A stretch of 64,000 nucleotides of DNA from Eledone cirrhosa. Its lineage: Eukaryota. Location of the stretch: assembly GCA_964016885.1 (NCBI GenBank), contig OZ024742.1:41230001-41294000 (forward strand). Reading direction: 5' to 3'. Below are positions 46,795 through 61,320 of this stretch, in pieces (position 1 is the stretch's first letter; each line of letters starts with the position of its first letter). Position numbers and translations under genes: made by a program. Below the pieces are notes generated by a model. It searched no databases. It worked only from the letters and a program-made list of their open reading frames with translations, and was not told the DNA's origin.

Positions 46795-48814
46795 ACATAC
46801 ATATATATATATACATACATATATATATACATACATACATACATATATACATACATATATACATACATACATATATATGTACATACATACATATATACAT
46901 ACATACATATATATGTACATACATATATACATACATATATATATACATACATATATATATACATACATATATATATACATACATACATACATATATATAT
47001 ACATACATACATATATATATACATACATATATACATACATACATATATACATACATATATATATATATACATACATACATACATATATATACATACATAT
47101 ATACATATATATACATACATATATACATATATATACATACATATATATATATATATATATACATACACATATATATATATATATATATACATACACATAT
47201 ATATATATATATACATACACATATATATATATACATACACATATATATACACACATATATATACATATATATACACACATATATATACATATATATACAC
47301 ATATATATACATATATATACACACATATATATACATATATATACACACACATATATATACATATATATATACACACACATATATATACATATATATATAT
47401 ACACACATATATATACATATATATATACACACATATATATACATATATATATATACACACATATATATACATATATATATACATACACATATATATACAT
47501 ACACATATATATACATACACATATATATACATACACATACACATATATATACATATATATACATACACATATATATACATATATATACATACACATATAT
47601 ACATATATATATACATATATATACATACACATATATACATATATATATACATATATATACATACACATATATATACATATATATATACATATATATACAT
47701 ACACATATATATACATATATATACATACACATATATATACATATATATACATACACATATATATACATATATATACATACACATATATATACATATATAT
47801 ACATACACATATATATACATATATATACATACACATATATATACATATATATACATACACATATATATACATATATATACATACACATATATATACATAT
47901 ATATACATACACATATATACACATATATATACATACACATATATATATATATATATACATACACATATATATATATATATATACATACACATATATATAC
48001 ATATATATACATACACATATATATACATATATATACATACACATATATATATATATATACATACACATATATATACATACACATATATATATACATACAC
48101 ATATATATACATATATACATACACATATATATACATACACATATATACATACACATATATACATATATATACATACACATATATACATACACATATATAC
48201 ATATATATACATACACATATATACATACACATATATACATATATACATATATATATAAATATACATACACATATATACATACATATATACATACACATAT
48301 ATACATACATATATACATACACATATATACATACACATATACATACACATATATACATACACATATACATACACATATATACATACACATATACATACAC
48401 ATATATACATACACATATACATACACATATATACATACACATATACATACACATATATACATACACATATACATACACATATATACATACATACATACAC
48501 ATATATACATACATACACACATATATACATACATACACACACATATATACATACATACACACACATATATACATACATACACACATACATACATACACAC
48601 ATATACATACATACACACATATACATACATACATACACACATATACATACACACATATACATACATACACATATACATACATACATACATACATACACAT
48701 ATACATACATACATACATACACATATACATACATACATACATACATACACATATACATACATACATACATACATACACATATACATACATACATACATAT
48801 ACATACACACATAT

Positions 48815-48857
<43 letters not shown>

Positions 48858-50911
48858 TACACACACACATACATACATACACATACATACATACACATAC
48901 ACACATACATACACACATACACATACACACATATACATACATACATACACACACACATATACATACATACACACATATACATACACACATATATATACAT
49001 ACATACATACATATATATACATACATACACACATATATATACATACATACACACATATATATACATACATACACACATATATATACATACATACACACAT
49101 ATATATACATACATACACACATATATATACATACATACACACACATATATACATACATACACACACATATATACATACATACACACACATATATACATAC
49201 ATACACACACATATATACATACATACACACACATATATACATACATACACACACATATATACATACATACACACACATATATACATACATACACACACAT
49301 ATATACATACATACACACACATATATACATACATACACACATATATACATACATACACACATATATACATACATACACACATATATACATACATACATAC
49401 ACACATATATACATACATACATACACACATATATACATACATACATACACACATATATACATACATACATACACACATATATACATACATACATACACAC
49501 ATATATACATACATACATACACACATATATACATACATACACACATATATACATACATACACACATATATACATACATACATACACACATATATACATAC
49601 ATACATACACACATATATACATACATACATACACACATATATACATACATACATACACACATATATACATACATACATACACACATATATACATACATAC
49701 ATACACACATATATACATACATACATACACACATATATACATACATACATACACACATATATACATACATACATACACACATATATACATACATACATAC
49801 ACACATATATACATACATACATACACACATATATACATACATACATACACACATATATACATACATACATACACACATATATACATACATACATACACAC
49901 ATATATACATACATACATACACACATATATACATACATACATACACACATATATACATACATACATACACACATATATACATACATACATACACACATAT
50001 ATACATACATACATACACACATATATACATACATACATACACACATATATACATACATACATACACACATATATACATACATACATACACACATATATAC
50101 ATACATACATACACACATATATACATACATACATACACACATATATACATACATACATACACACATATATACATACATACATACACACATATATACATAC
50201 ATACATACACACATATATACATACATACATACACACATATATACATACATACATACACACATACATACATACATACACACATATATACATACATACACAC
50301 ATATATACATACATACACACATATATACATACATACACACATATATACATACATACACATATATATACATACATACACATATATATACATACATACACAT
50401 ATATATACATACATACACATATATATACATACATACACATATATATATATACATACATACACATATATATATATATATACATACACATATATATATATAT
50501 ATACATACACATATATATATATATATACATACACATATATATATATATATACATACACATATATATATATATATACATACACATATATATATATATATAC
50601 ATACACATATATATATATATATACATACACATATATATATATACATACACATATATATATATACATACACATATATATATATACATACACATATATATAT
50701 ACATACACATATATATACATACACATATATATATATATACATACACATATATATATATATACATACACATATATATATATATATACATACACATATATAT
50801 ATATATACATACACATATATATATATACATACACATATATATATATATACATACATATATATATATACATACACACATATATATATACATACACACACAT
50901 ACATACACACA

Positions 50912-50947
<36 letters not shown>

Positions 50948-50960
50948 CATATATATACAT
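46339..50960. repeat. Compound (TACA)/(TA)/(CA) array with a homogeneous 24-bp higher-order repeat at ~49561-50260
   Basis: Unit acacatatatacatacatacatac repeated ~29 times perfectly. Confidence 0.96.
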
Positions 50961-51295
50961 TCATTCATTTCAATTTTACGTCCGCTTTTTCCCTGCTTGC
51001 AAGGGTGGGACGGGAACTGATTCTGGCCTCATTTCTACAGCTGGATGCCCTTCCTAACACCAACCTCATTTACAGTGAGTGCTGGGTGCTTTTTTGCCAT
51101 GGCACCTCCACGACCACTTTGCAGAGGAATGATAGGGACCCCAGTCCCTATCATCTCATTTCTACAGCTGAGTAAACTGGAGCAATGTGAAATAAAGTGT
51201 CTTGCTCAAGGAAACAACACATCACCCGGTCTGAGAATTGAACTCACAACCTTTCGATTGCAAGGCCAATGCTCTAACCACTAAGCCATGTGCCT
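50958..51295 (-). mobile_element. SINE family A
   Basis: Near-identical to the other family A copies. Confidence 0.92.
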
Positions 51296-51398
51296 ACATA
51301 TACATACATACACATACATATATATACACATATATACACACGCATACACATACATATATACATACATGTACACATATATACACATATATATATAAGTT

Positions 51399-51645
51399 GG
51401 AGGCACATGGCTTAGTGGTTAGAGCATTGGCCTTACAATCAAAAGGTTGTGAGTTCAATTCTCAGACCGGGTGATGTGTTGTTTCCTTGAGACAAGACAC
51501 TTTATTTCACATTGCTCCAGTTTACTCAGCTGTAGAAATGAGATGATAGGGACTGGGGTCCCTATCATTCCACTGCAAAAAAAGCACCCAGCACTCACTG
51601 TAAATGAGGTTGGTGTGAGGAAGGGCATCCAGCTGTAGAAATCAG
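51399..51645 (+). mobile_element. SINE family A, 3'-truncated, head-to-head with the previous copy
   Basis: ggaggcacatggcttagtggttagagc... ending at gtagaaatca. Confidence 0.9.
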
Positions 51646-52259
51646 TTATTAAATATTCCATGAGGAGCATTATCAATGGAATATTTAATAACTGGGTATC
51701 AAATTCTGTTCAGGTGTAGGCTACCTAGCTACTTACATCTATAATTGGTTCATACAACTTAGTGATGGATGATTGACAACAATGATTCCATTGGTCTTTC
51801 CATTGTTGATATAATCTGGTAGAAGGAGTAATGTAAAATATATTATTTTGCTCAAGAACACAGCTCATTTGGTCCAGGAATCAAACCTTTTGATTGTGAA
51901 CCCAATATGCTAACCACTAGACCATGGGCCTTCATGCCCTGGTTTTGCAATCATATGGCCACATGTTCCGATTCCTTGACCAGGTGATGTTTTTCTTAAA
52001 CATGATGTTTCATTTTACCTTGTTTTTCATAAGATTTCAGTCCCTGTCATTAAAACACCTGACAAACCTCCTGTGATACATCTTTGTAGGAAACTAACTG
52101 AACCTACATAGGGGTAAGTTGTAGCAACTTTTTTCACTGAGGTCAATAAATATTTGTATTTCATTTGATAAGGTGTTTAGAAATAGTTCCAAGAATAATA
52201 CAACTGAGGGTAGTTTCAGACAGGTCAATATAAAGAGTGGTATAATTACTTTTAACATA

Positions 52260-52560
52260 GCTTTTGTGAAGCTTGATCTACTGGAGACCTCTGCTTAGTC
52301 CCTCACCAATTGGGCCTTGGTGAAAATACTGTTGTTGCATTCGATATCAGTAAAGAATTTAGCAAAATCTAGCATGTAAATCTCCCATTAAAATTGCCTC
52401 ATCTCTTGCAGCTATGCCCTCTCCTCACATTATACCATTGTGGTGTGTGCTGATGCTCTCTTTCACCCCACACACTATCATTTCTGGTATGTCTAAAGTT
52501 TTTGGTTTTGTCCCCATTCTTCCTCCTATAGTTCAATGAACCACTTGTCAACTCCAACAA
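52260..52560 (+). mobile_element. Highly decayed CR1/L2/Jockey-type RT fragment
   Basis: Remnants 'STGDL', 'VVAFDISKEFSKI.H', and a degenerate 'SG....VLSP.F.L..N'. Confidence 0.5.
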
Positions 52561-52766
52561 TGTCCACTCCTACATGCAATTAAAAAAAAGCCTGGAATTC
52601 CTACTCTGTATAATGTTTTACTGCATTTGTCAATTTGCAAATGTCTAAGAGGAATATTAACACCGTTGACGGTCTTGAAAAGCATGCAAAGGTCATGTGC
52701 ACTGGCCCATCCTCCTGACCAGTAAATATGATATATCCTTTTACTGGTTTCAGTCATTGGTCAGCG

Positions 52767-52797
<31 letters not shown>

Positions 52798-53084
52798 GGT
52801 CACCTGACCTGGCCTATCTCACAACAGGACAACTCATCGAACCCATGCTAGCATGAAAAATGGACGTTAAACGGTGCTGATGATGATATGTATGTGTGTA
52901 TATATGTATATATATGTGTATATATATGTGTATATGTATGTATATATATATATATGTATGTGTATGTATATATGTGTACATGTGTGTATGTATATATGTG
53001 TATATGTACATGTATTTATATGTGTATGTATATATATGTGTATATATATATATGTACATGTATGTATGTATGTATGTATATATA

Positions 53085-53170
53085 TATTCATTTCATTGTA
53101 CGTCCGCTTTTTCCCTGCTTGCAAGGGTGGGACGGGAACTGATTCTGGCTTGATTTCTACAGCTGGATGC
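53085..53170 (-). mobile_element. SINE family A 3' fragment
   Basis: Identical tail cgtccgctttttccctgcttgcaagggtgggacgggaactga. Confidence 0.85.
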
Positions 53171-53416
53171 TGTTTTTATACTTTATTAGTGTAATTTATG
53201 AAACCTTTCACAAGCTGGTACAATGTGTTTAAATAATTTTATGCGCGTGTTTGCATGTATATTGCTGTATTGCTGCAATAAGTTGTTTTATCTTAAAAAA
53301 CAACTTATTGCAGCAATACAGCAATATACATGCAAACACACGCGTAAAAGTATTTAAACATTGTACCAGCTTGTGAAAGGTTTCATAAATTACACTAATA
53401 AAGTATAATACAGCAT
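53167..53416. repeat. ~250-bp near-perfect palindrome (foldback)
   Basis: Arms ttatactttattagtgtaatttatgaaacctttcacaagctggtacaatg...gcaataagttgtttt / aaaacaacttattgc...cattgtaccagcttgtgaaaggtttcataaattacactaataaagtataa. Confidence 0.92.
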
Positions 53417-53434
53417 ACACATACACACATTATA

Positions 53435-54985
53435 TCATCCTCAGTGTTTAACATCCATTTTCCATGCTAGTGTTGGTTAAAAAAGTTGTCCCATTGTGAG
53501 ACAAGCCAGATTAGATGACCATGTCTTGCTCATACAGAACTGATCTTTGCTTGGTTTCTAGAGCTGGATGCTCTTCCTAATACCAACCATATTTACAGTG
53601 TGGACTGGGCGGGGGATGAGAGTAAGGACGTGTCATCTTTGAGAGGTGCAATTGTGAAGAGTCAGTCTTTATCGCCTCATTCCTAGAAAGCTGTCCTGCA
53701 CCTTTTTATACAGCTGTCATCCTTCATATGCACCAAATGTCCATACCAACACAATCTCCTCTCCTGCACACTGCATGTAATCCCTCTTATGCCCAGTTTC
53801 TTTCTCTCAATTCATTTATGATTTGCCGTTCATGTATATTACTATTACACATCCAACAAAGCATGCCAACATCTGTTTCTTTACAATCTTCAAAAGTCTT
53901 CTGCACACAGAGCCCAGATCTCACTACCATCTAATATGGCTGCTCATATACATGCATCATACAATCTGCCCTTCATTTTGAGGGAAAAACCTTTTGTAGC
54001 TAGTAGCAGTACTAGCACCCTGAACCTTTTCCATCCTGTCTTCACTGACTACTGTACTTTCCAAACACCCACCTCCATTGCTAATGTGGTTACCAGGTAA
54101 TAGAAGTTGTCAACTGCTTCTATGGAACCTTCCAAGAATTTGATAGCACCCGTTTCCTGAGTGTTTGTTACTGCTCCTGTGCAATGACCACATGTAAAAC
54201 CTACGTTATTAACTAATTGACCTTGGATCCCACTACATTTCTTGTGCACCAATAGTTTATACCCACCCTTTTCTGACACACTGAGCAAAGGCCATTTCCC
54301 AGAAGGGACCAGGGCTCTGTTTTGCTTACTACTTACCAGAACTTTGGTCTTTGCCAAATTGGCTTTATGACCTTTTGATTTCAGGTCAGTAATTTTTTTT
54401 CTCTAGTTCTAATATGGATTCAGCTACGAGAGTTATGTCATCAGTATACTGGAGTTCCCAAAGACATTCTGTTTTAAACTCTTCTGTTATAGCCTGTAGG
54501 ACAATAATAAACAGGAGAGGGTCAGGACAGAACCTTGCCGGACCCCAACTTGCATACTAAACTCCTCACTATAGTCATTAATTTTAACCTTGCTGACAGC
54601 ACCTCTATATATGGCTTGTACCGTCCTCACAAGCCACTGTTCTAAGTGCCCACCAGATTACAAAACGGGGGGACCCCGTCAAAATCTTTCTCTAAGTCAG
54701 CAAATGCCCAGTAGAGCGGTTTGCTTTTAGCTAGATACTTCTGCAGTTGCCTCACAAGGAAGAGGGCATTCGTGGTACTTATCCTTGGGGCAAATCCTAT
54801 CTGCATTTCATCTGGGTTTAATCGATCTCTAATCAGTTGTACAATGACTCTTTCTGTAACTTTCATGACCTAGTCCATTAGTTTTATGTCTTGAGCATCA
54901 CCCTTGCCTGTGTAGCAGTTGACAATGATGCTGCTACACCAGTCACTGGGTATGGCACCATTTTGTACAACTTAGTTTACTGCTC
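53435..54985 (-). mobile_element. Decayed RTE LINE (PHD-bearing family)
   Basis: ORFs 54642-54866 and 54049-54357 (DEMQIGF, ADLEK.FD, KTKVLV..PSGKWP, VHKKCSGI...FTCGHCTG), plus UTR and tail. Confidence 0.85.
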
Positions 54986-55249
54986 CTCTATATCATATGT
55001 AGCAGGAAGAGGTAGGCATTATATATAGGGCATCCAATATTTATTATGGATTCACAAAAGGTGTAGTGGGATTAAAAGCAGCCTAACGGAAAAGAAAAAC
55101 TGTCATTGGCAGATGCACAGAAGTGGTTAGTAGTAACAGCACCCATGATATAAATTCTTTTGTGTGCTAAGATTTTTTATTAGTTGATAGCTTTTGTGAC
55201 CTATTTAACAAGGTGTGTGTGGATGTTATAAAGGTATAGTAGCCAGAGT

Positions 55250-55745
55250 AAGAACAGAGTGTAGGCAACAAAGCGATTCTCTCTCTCCATGTGAAGATTG
55301 TATGAAGTGCAACATTGTATAGCACTGAAATATGGGCATTGAATGTAGAGGATGTGAAAAGACTGAAAAGAAATAAGGTGAGTATACTCTACTAAATATG
55401 TAATGTTAGTGCAAAATGAATAACAGAGCAGAAACAAATGAGCTGAGAGTAAACCTAAGCATAAGAAGAATCAGATGTAGTGTGTCGGAATATTGTGCTG
55501 GATCACATATGTAAGGAGATAGAGTTGGGTGAAAAACAAAATGCCAAACCAAAAAAGTGGAAGGATACTGCAGAAGAGAAAGACCAATGAACACAAGTGA
55601 AGGACTGATGAAAGATCATCTGAAGAGGCCAACCCTCAGATAATCAACACCACAAGTGCAACAAGAGGTGAGACACTGTGCTGGAGAAAACCTGTCCTAC
55701 CTAATAAACATGAAAAAAGAAAATGGATATAAAAATGACGTATAA
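55250..55745 (+). mobile_element. Decayed RTE LINE 3' fragment
   Basis: 'TLYSTEIWALNVEDVKRL', 'NELRVNL.IRRIRC', 'RRERP'. Confidence 0.65.
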
Positions 55746-55879
55746 ACATGAATTTGTTGTAATTTTTTGTTTTTGATCAGAAAACAGTTCTGTTGATGTG
55801 TTACAATGATACTCAGCATCTGTAAATTAGTGAGCAAACAGATTAACGTAGGGTAGAAAGGACACTGACCATGTCAAGG

Positions 55880-56820
55880 TCTTGACATCCTCTCTAGTGT
55901 TGACAATAAAATGATGCACCCTGCTGGGGACATTGAAATTCAGCCCAAGATGTTGAAAGCCTTAAATAGAGATGGCATTCACTGGCTGAATCTCTGGAAA
56001 GACACCTAAGCAATGGCAGTTGGGAGTTGTAATCACTATTTTTAAAAAGGGAAATGAGTGATTGCTCCAATTATAGAGGGGTCTCCTCACCGGTAAAGTC
56101 TATGCTAAGGGAGTGGCAAAGATGGCTGATGAACAGTGTGGTTTTTGTCCCAAATACAGCACAGGTCTTTGAGAAATTGCAAGAGTATTGCCAGGAGTTA
56201 TATTCTTGTTTTGTTGACCTTGAAAAGGCATATGACGATATTCCTCAGGACCTGCTGTGGAATGTTCTGCAGGAGTATGGGATCGATGGTCAGCTTCTTG
56301 TTGCCCTCAGTCTCTATATGAGTATTTGTATTCAAATAAATGGTGCTAAATCGAAACCATTCAATGTGGGAGTTGGACACCGCCAAGGGTGCATACTGTC
56401 ACCTCTCCTGTTCATTAATTTCATGAACAGGATTGACATGCCCAGCCAGGTTAGGAGTGGTATCACTACTGGAGGGTGTAAAAATCAGTCGGCTGGAATT
56501 TGCAGATGACATGATCAACTTACACTTGATGCCAAGTGCTGAATGGCTGGAATGAAAATCAGTGCTGCGAAAACTGAGACACTACATGTACATAGAGTTC
56601 CACTGAAGGAGGTGTAGAATTTCAAGTGTCTCGGAGTAGTGTTCATGAGTGATGGAAGGCACCAGGCTGAATTAAATGCAAGAATTGCAGGAGCTGGTGC
56701 AGTAATGTGCCATCTTCAGCACCTATGGTCATGAATATTGGGTAATGACCAAAAGAATATGATCGCAAATATAAGCGGCCAAAATGGGGTTCCTCCAAAG
56801 GGTCTTTGGAATAATGTTAC
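55880..56820 (+). mobile_element. Decayed RTE LINE RT (PHD-less family)
   Basis: CSNYRGVS, CFVDLEKAYD, GVGHRQGCILSPLLF, FADD, FKCLGVVFMSDG. Confidence 0.85.
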
Positions 56821-57276
56821 TCGACAGACTGTCTTCTGTATTACTGTGTAGCACCAAAGGTATCGATCCAATGACATTGTCTTGTTTAAGTGTGCAAGTT
56901 TAGATTTTATCAGACAAGGAGTGTATATTATGTGCAGCTTATGGAGTACCATTTTACAGAGTGGATTGGATGAATTTTACTGTGGCACCAGCACTACCAA
57001 AGAGAGAGGGAATGAAGAAGAGGTGGAGGAAGAAAATAAAAAGAAAAAAAGCATAGCCATGGCTGCAATACCTTCTATCAGACAATGTTTCTGATACACA
57101 AAGAGTACCTATGATAAACAACAAATGTTTACAGCACCCTTCCTCGATAATTTACCACTCCCCCACTTATTCACATGCAAAAAATAAACACTAAATAATC
57201 GTTGTATATAAAGTAGCATTTTATTGCCAAAAATACAGTCCAACCCATAAAAGCATGGAAAAAAAGAGTTAAATGA

Positions 57277-57423
57277 CATTTTCATCCTTCCTCAACACAT
57301 GACTCAACCATCTCATTCCATTTCTCGGCACAACATTCATCATGTGTGTGTATATGAAATTATATATAATATATATATATATATTTACTTACTGTGGTTA
57401 CCTCCGATTCAACCCGGAATAAC

Positions 57424-57471
<48 letters not shown>

Positions 57472-57618
57472 GTTATTCCGGGTTGAATCGGAGGTAACCA
57501 CAGTAAGTAAATATATATATATATATTATATATAATTTCATATACACACACATGATGAATGTTGTGCCGAGAAATGGAATGAGATGGTTGAGTCATGTGT
57601 TGAGGAAGGATGAAAATG
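57277..57618. repeat. Perfect 342-bp palindrome centred on (TA)23
   Basis: Left arm 57277-57424 reads as the exact reverse complement of 57471-57618, and the centre is itself self-complementary. Confidence 0.95.
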
Positions 57619-60600
57619 AGTATAAAAGTAGAGAAAGGGGAAGACCAAGATAGAAATGCCTGGATAGGAGGAAATGACAACCAGGTGCTTGGTAATTGGA
57701 TAGACGGTTAAGAAGCTAGCTTTGTAATGCGGATCTGGGTTCGATCTCAAAACGAGGCACCATCGACATGTGCTTTTTACTTAAAACCTTATATCAATCC
57801 ATACCATGTGAGAAAAACCAATTAAAAGGAAAATAGTGTCCGAATAAATAGTCCATCGTCAGTTTCGACGACGAGTATTCCAACCGGTCGATCAATCTTA
57901 AGTGCCGAATCATTAGATTAGCGCAGAAGTGGTTGAACATTCCACAATAAAGTTCCTATATATGGACGATCGACTTATAAGAAATCGGTGTCAAATTTCC
58001 TTCATTTTCACACAAAACTTACTTTAAATTAACGTGAACCTAATGACATTGTTAAAAAAATAACAAAAAACACGTGGGGGGGGGGGGGTTCTGACTGGAG
58101 CGTCTAATGAGCATGGTGGGTGCTCGATCAGAACTGGCCTAGGGCTGATCGTAATTATAATACACGTGGATGTCGACCACTAATCTAGACAAAGTACTAT
58201 AAGACACACACAAAGAATATACTATCTAAACAATTAAATATATTTAAAATTTTACAAATATGTATACAAACCAGACATAAAACAAAAATAAATCTAATAA
58301 CCTCATACACGCTGAGCGAGCCACTACGAGGCCGCATAACCTACTAAAAATAGCAGTCAATTTTTTTCATCAAATCACTCCCTACGATTTAAATAAGGAA
58401 ATTATTGGATAATGTAAACAAATAAAGTGATCAAGCCTGGAAAGTCTATCACAGACCTTCCCGATTAGAGTTGACGTGTGTTAGTTGCAATCAGCAAACT
58501 ATTCGATGTTCACTTTAAGTTCTATCTATCTATGGGATTGTAGAGTTCATTCAATGATATAAACACCCAATCGACCCATAGACTTTTAAAGATGTCCTGA
58601 TGCGTTAAAAACCCGTGTATTTTTTAAACAAAGGACCACGAAAACAAGCTAGTTGTTTCGTGCTATACCAGAAGTTATGTCTCAGAAATACTGGTAGCAC
58701 CTTGGCGTAGAAGAAAATATCTATTTATAAGCGGATAATGAGAGTCGGCTATATTCATGCCTTTCTCGAGTGCATTAGCTACAACTGGTAATGGAAACCA
58801 CTATGCTTAGTTTCTTGCGAAGAAATACAGTTCTACTACTACTACTGAGTAATGATATAGTTCGGTGAGTACGGGTAAAAAAGCGGATCCCATCAGCTGA
58901 TAATGACACCACGTGAAGCATTCTCAGAAAATCACATGAAAATTGCGTTCTTCAAATCACTTATATATATAAAAACAAACCCAGTGCCAAGTTGGCGGGT
59001 TGAAGAAATAAAGATGAAAGTCAAATTACTTTGGGTTTTATGGCTGTTCGTCTAAAGGAATGTAAATATAAAATAAACTGTTTATACGAAAAAAAAAAAA
59101 ATGATTACTTCATTAAAATCATACTGCTGTGCCACGTTGTTAACACCATTGTCGGTATCATTTTAACTATAGCAGCTCTTTTACTTATTGAGTGAGTAAT
59201 TCACCATACAATTAACTAAATAATGGTTTCTAAATAAAAATCGATGGTAACCTGCACTGCTTTATCTGTTTTTTTGGAGGAAGTTTTGAAGATCAAATGC
59301 AACAATTTCGTTACGAGATGTTCCATTAAAAGACAAAAATAAATTATTAAAAAAAAAAAGTGTTCTGTAATGGCTATAATAAAGTAGAAAATGAAAAAAA
59401 AATACCAGCTGAGTTGTGTGAGGGAAATAAGGAGGTAAAGAGACGGATACAGCTGGGGTGTTGAAGAAAACGAGAAAATATGGAATAGTTAGTGGTACCC
59501 TTGCAATGTGTAAAGTTTACACTTTCTATAATGCATTAGCACATACGCATGCAAATTGTTACTTCTTTATCATTTGTATATAACATTTAATCTTTATTAC
59601 ATACCTCGCCATTACCGGACTGTCTGCAATCATTTTCTAACCTCGAGTGTCGCCAACAACTTCAATAAGGTTGTTCCAAAATTGTGGTTAACTATGTATG
59701 ATCAAAGCTTTCGTTTTTTTTTATATACTCGTTTCTAAATATGTAAATATCTTGTTGAATAGACTGAAGTCAATACAATTCAACTATACTTGAAACGAAG
59801 TCTCTTTTTTTATATCATTGTGGTGAAATGATAAAGAAAAAAAAACGGCTCGTGTTTCGATTGAACATCAACCTCAGAAAAAATTTTTTTTTAAATATCA
59901 CCCATATATATATATATATACAAATATTGCGATATAATACAAAGCATCGACCGAATGTCGATGTTGAACTTCTAAACTGTCCAGTAACGTGATACCATCT
60001 GCAGCATCACTGGTTGCTTGAGTTGAAATAAATAGTAGTTCAGAATTTGTTAAATTATTAACAACGTGGACACTTGAATGAAAGGAAATAAAAATTAAAC
60101 CGGGAAAAATACGTCACATCCAACCTTTGACCGATCATCCTACCGATCCGCTCATTCGTTTGTTGTCTTACATACTCACTCTTGATTGGTTATTTTCACA
60201 TTTATATTTAATTTTTCTTTGAAGGAGTAAAGCGGTGTAATGTGAAAAGCTCTAAATTAATCCCAGCCGATAGTATTAATTAATGAATTCAACCAGTTTC
60301 CCCTTTCTTACAATATATTGGGCGGAGTAATGAATATCACATCAACACATTTTTCTTTTCTATTAGATTTGAAAGCAACTCTCTTTATTTATGCAACTGT
60401 GAATAAAGCCTTAGAAAACTTTTGTTATATTATTCTACTTTGCAAAAGGAAGAAATAGTAAAAAAAAAAAAAAATTAACACAGGCCTATTACCCAACTTA
60501 ATTTCTTCATGACTTTATTTTTTAAGAAAATTTCAGAGATACGTTCCAAAGGTGTAAATTATAATAAAGTTAAGGATTTTTTTTTTTACGGTAGTTAATT

Positions 60601-61139
60601 TAGTCATTTTTGTACACTTGCATTATTACTTTATTAAAGCTTTCATTTATTGAACACATAAACTGTTTGTTGTAGGATAAACCTAAGCTTATTATTATTA
60701 TTTTTTTTTTTTTGTTCATCAAGCTATCTAATTTCGTGTTGATAATAATATCAAGCGGGATAATATCAGATTTTCTACCGGAACGTTGTATAATTTCTAC
60801 AACTATATATATATTTTTTTAATTTCAAGATTTTATTTTTGTTAGATTTCCCGCCATTAAAACCTATCCTTTAGTTATGTATAAAAATTAAAATGTCGCA
60901 TGGGAGAAATTTTCGTTTCACATTATATTCCACCTGGCTAACGTAATTTTTTTTTTTTTAACTTTAATTTACAGAGATATAAACATGCTTATTTCACATG
61001 CACATGTATATATTTAGCGACGTAAAGAACTTTTTTTCTTTGTTTAGTTCATTTGTTGGATGATAGTAAAGAAGTGATGTCGAAGTAGTTGATTGAGTGA
61101 GTAACTTGTTGGTCGAGTAATAGCAAATAGGTTTAAATA

Positions 61140-61320
61140 ATGATTTCTTATATAGGCACAAGGCCAGCAATTTTGGGGGAGGGGAAAGTCGATTAAATTG
61201 ATCCCAATGCGTGACTGGTACTTTATTTTATCGACCCCGTAAGGATGAAAAGCAAAGTTAACCTAGGCGGGAAACTCTATGCTCAAAGTATGGCGTCCGA
61301 CCCTCTACCGATACTGCCAA
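61140..61320 (-). mobile_element. SINE family B
   Basis: ggcacaaggccagcaattttggggga...tggtactttattttatcgaccccgtaaggatgaaaagcaaagtt. Confidence 0.78.
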
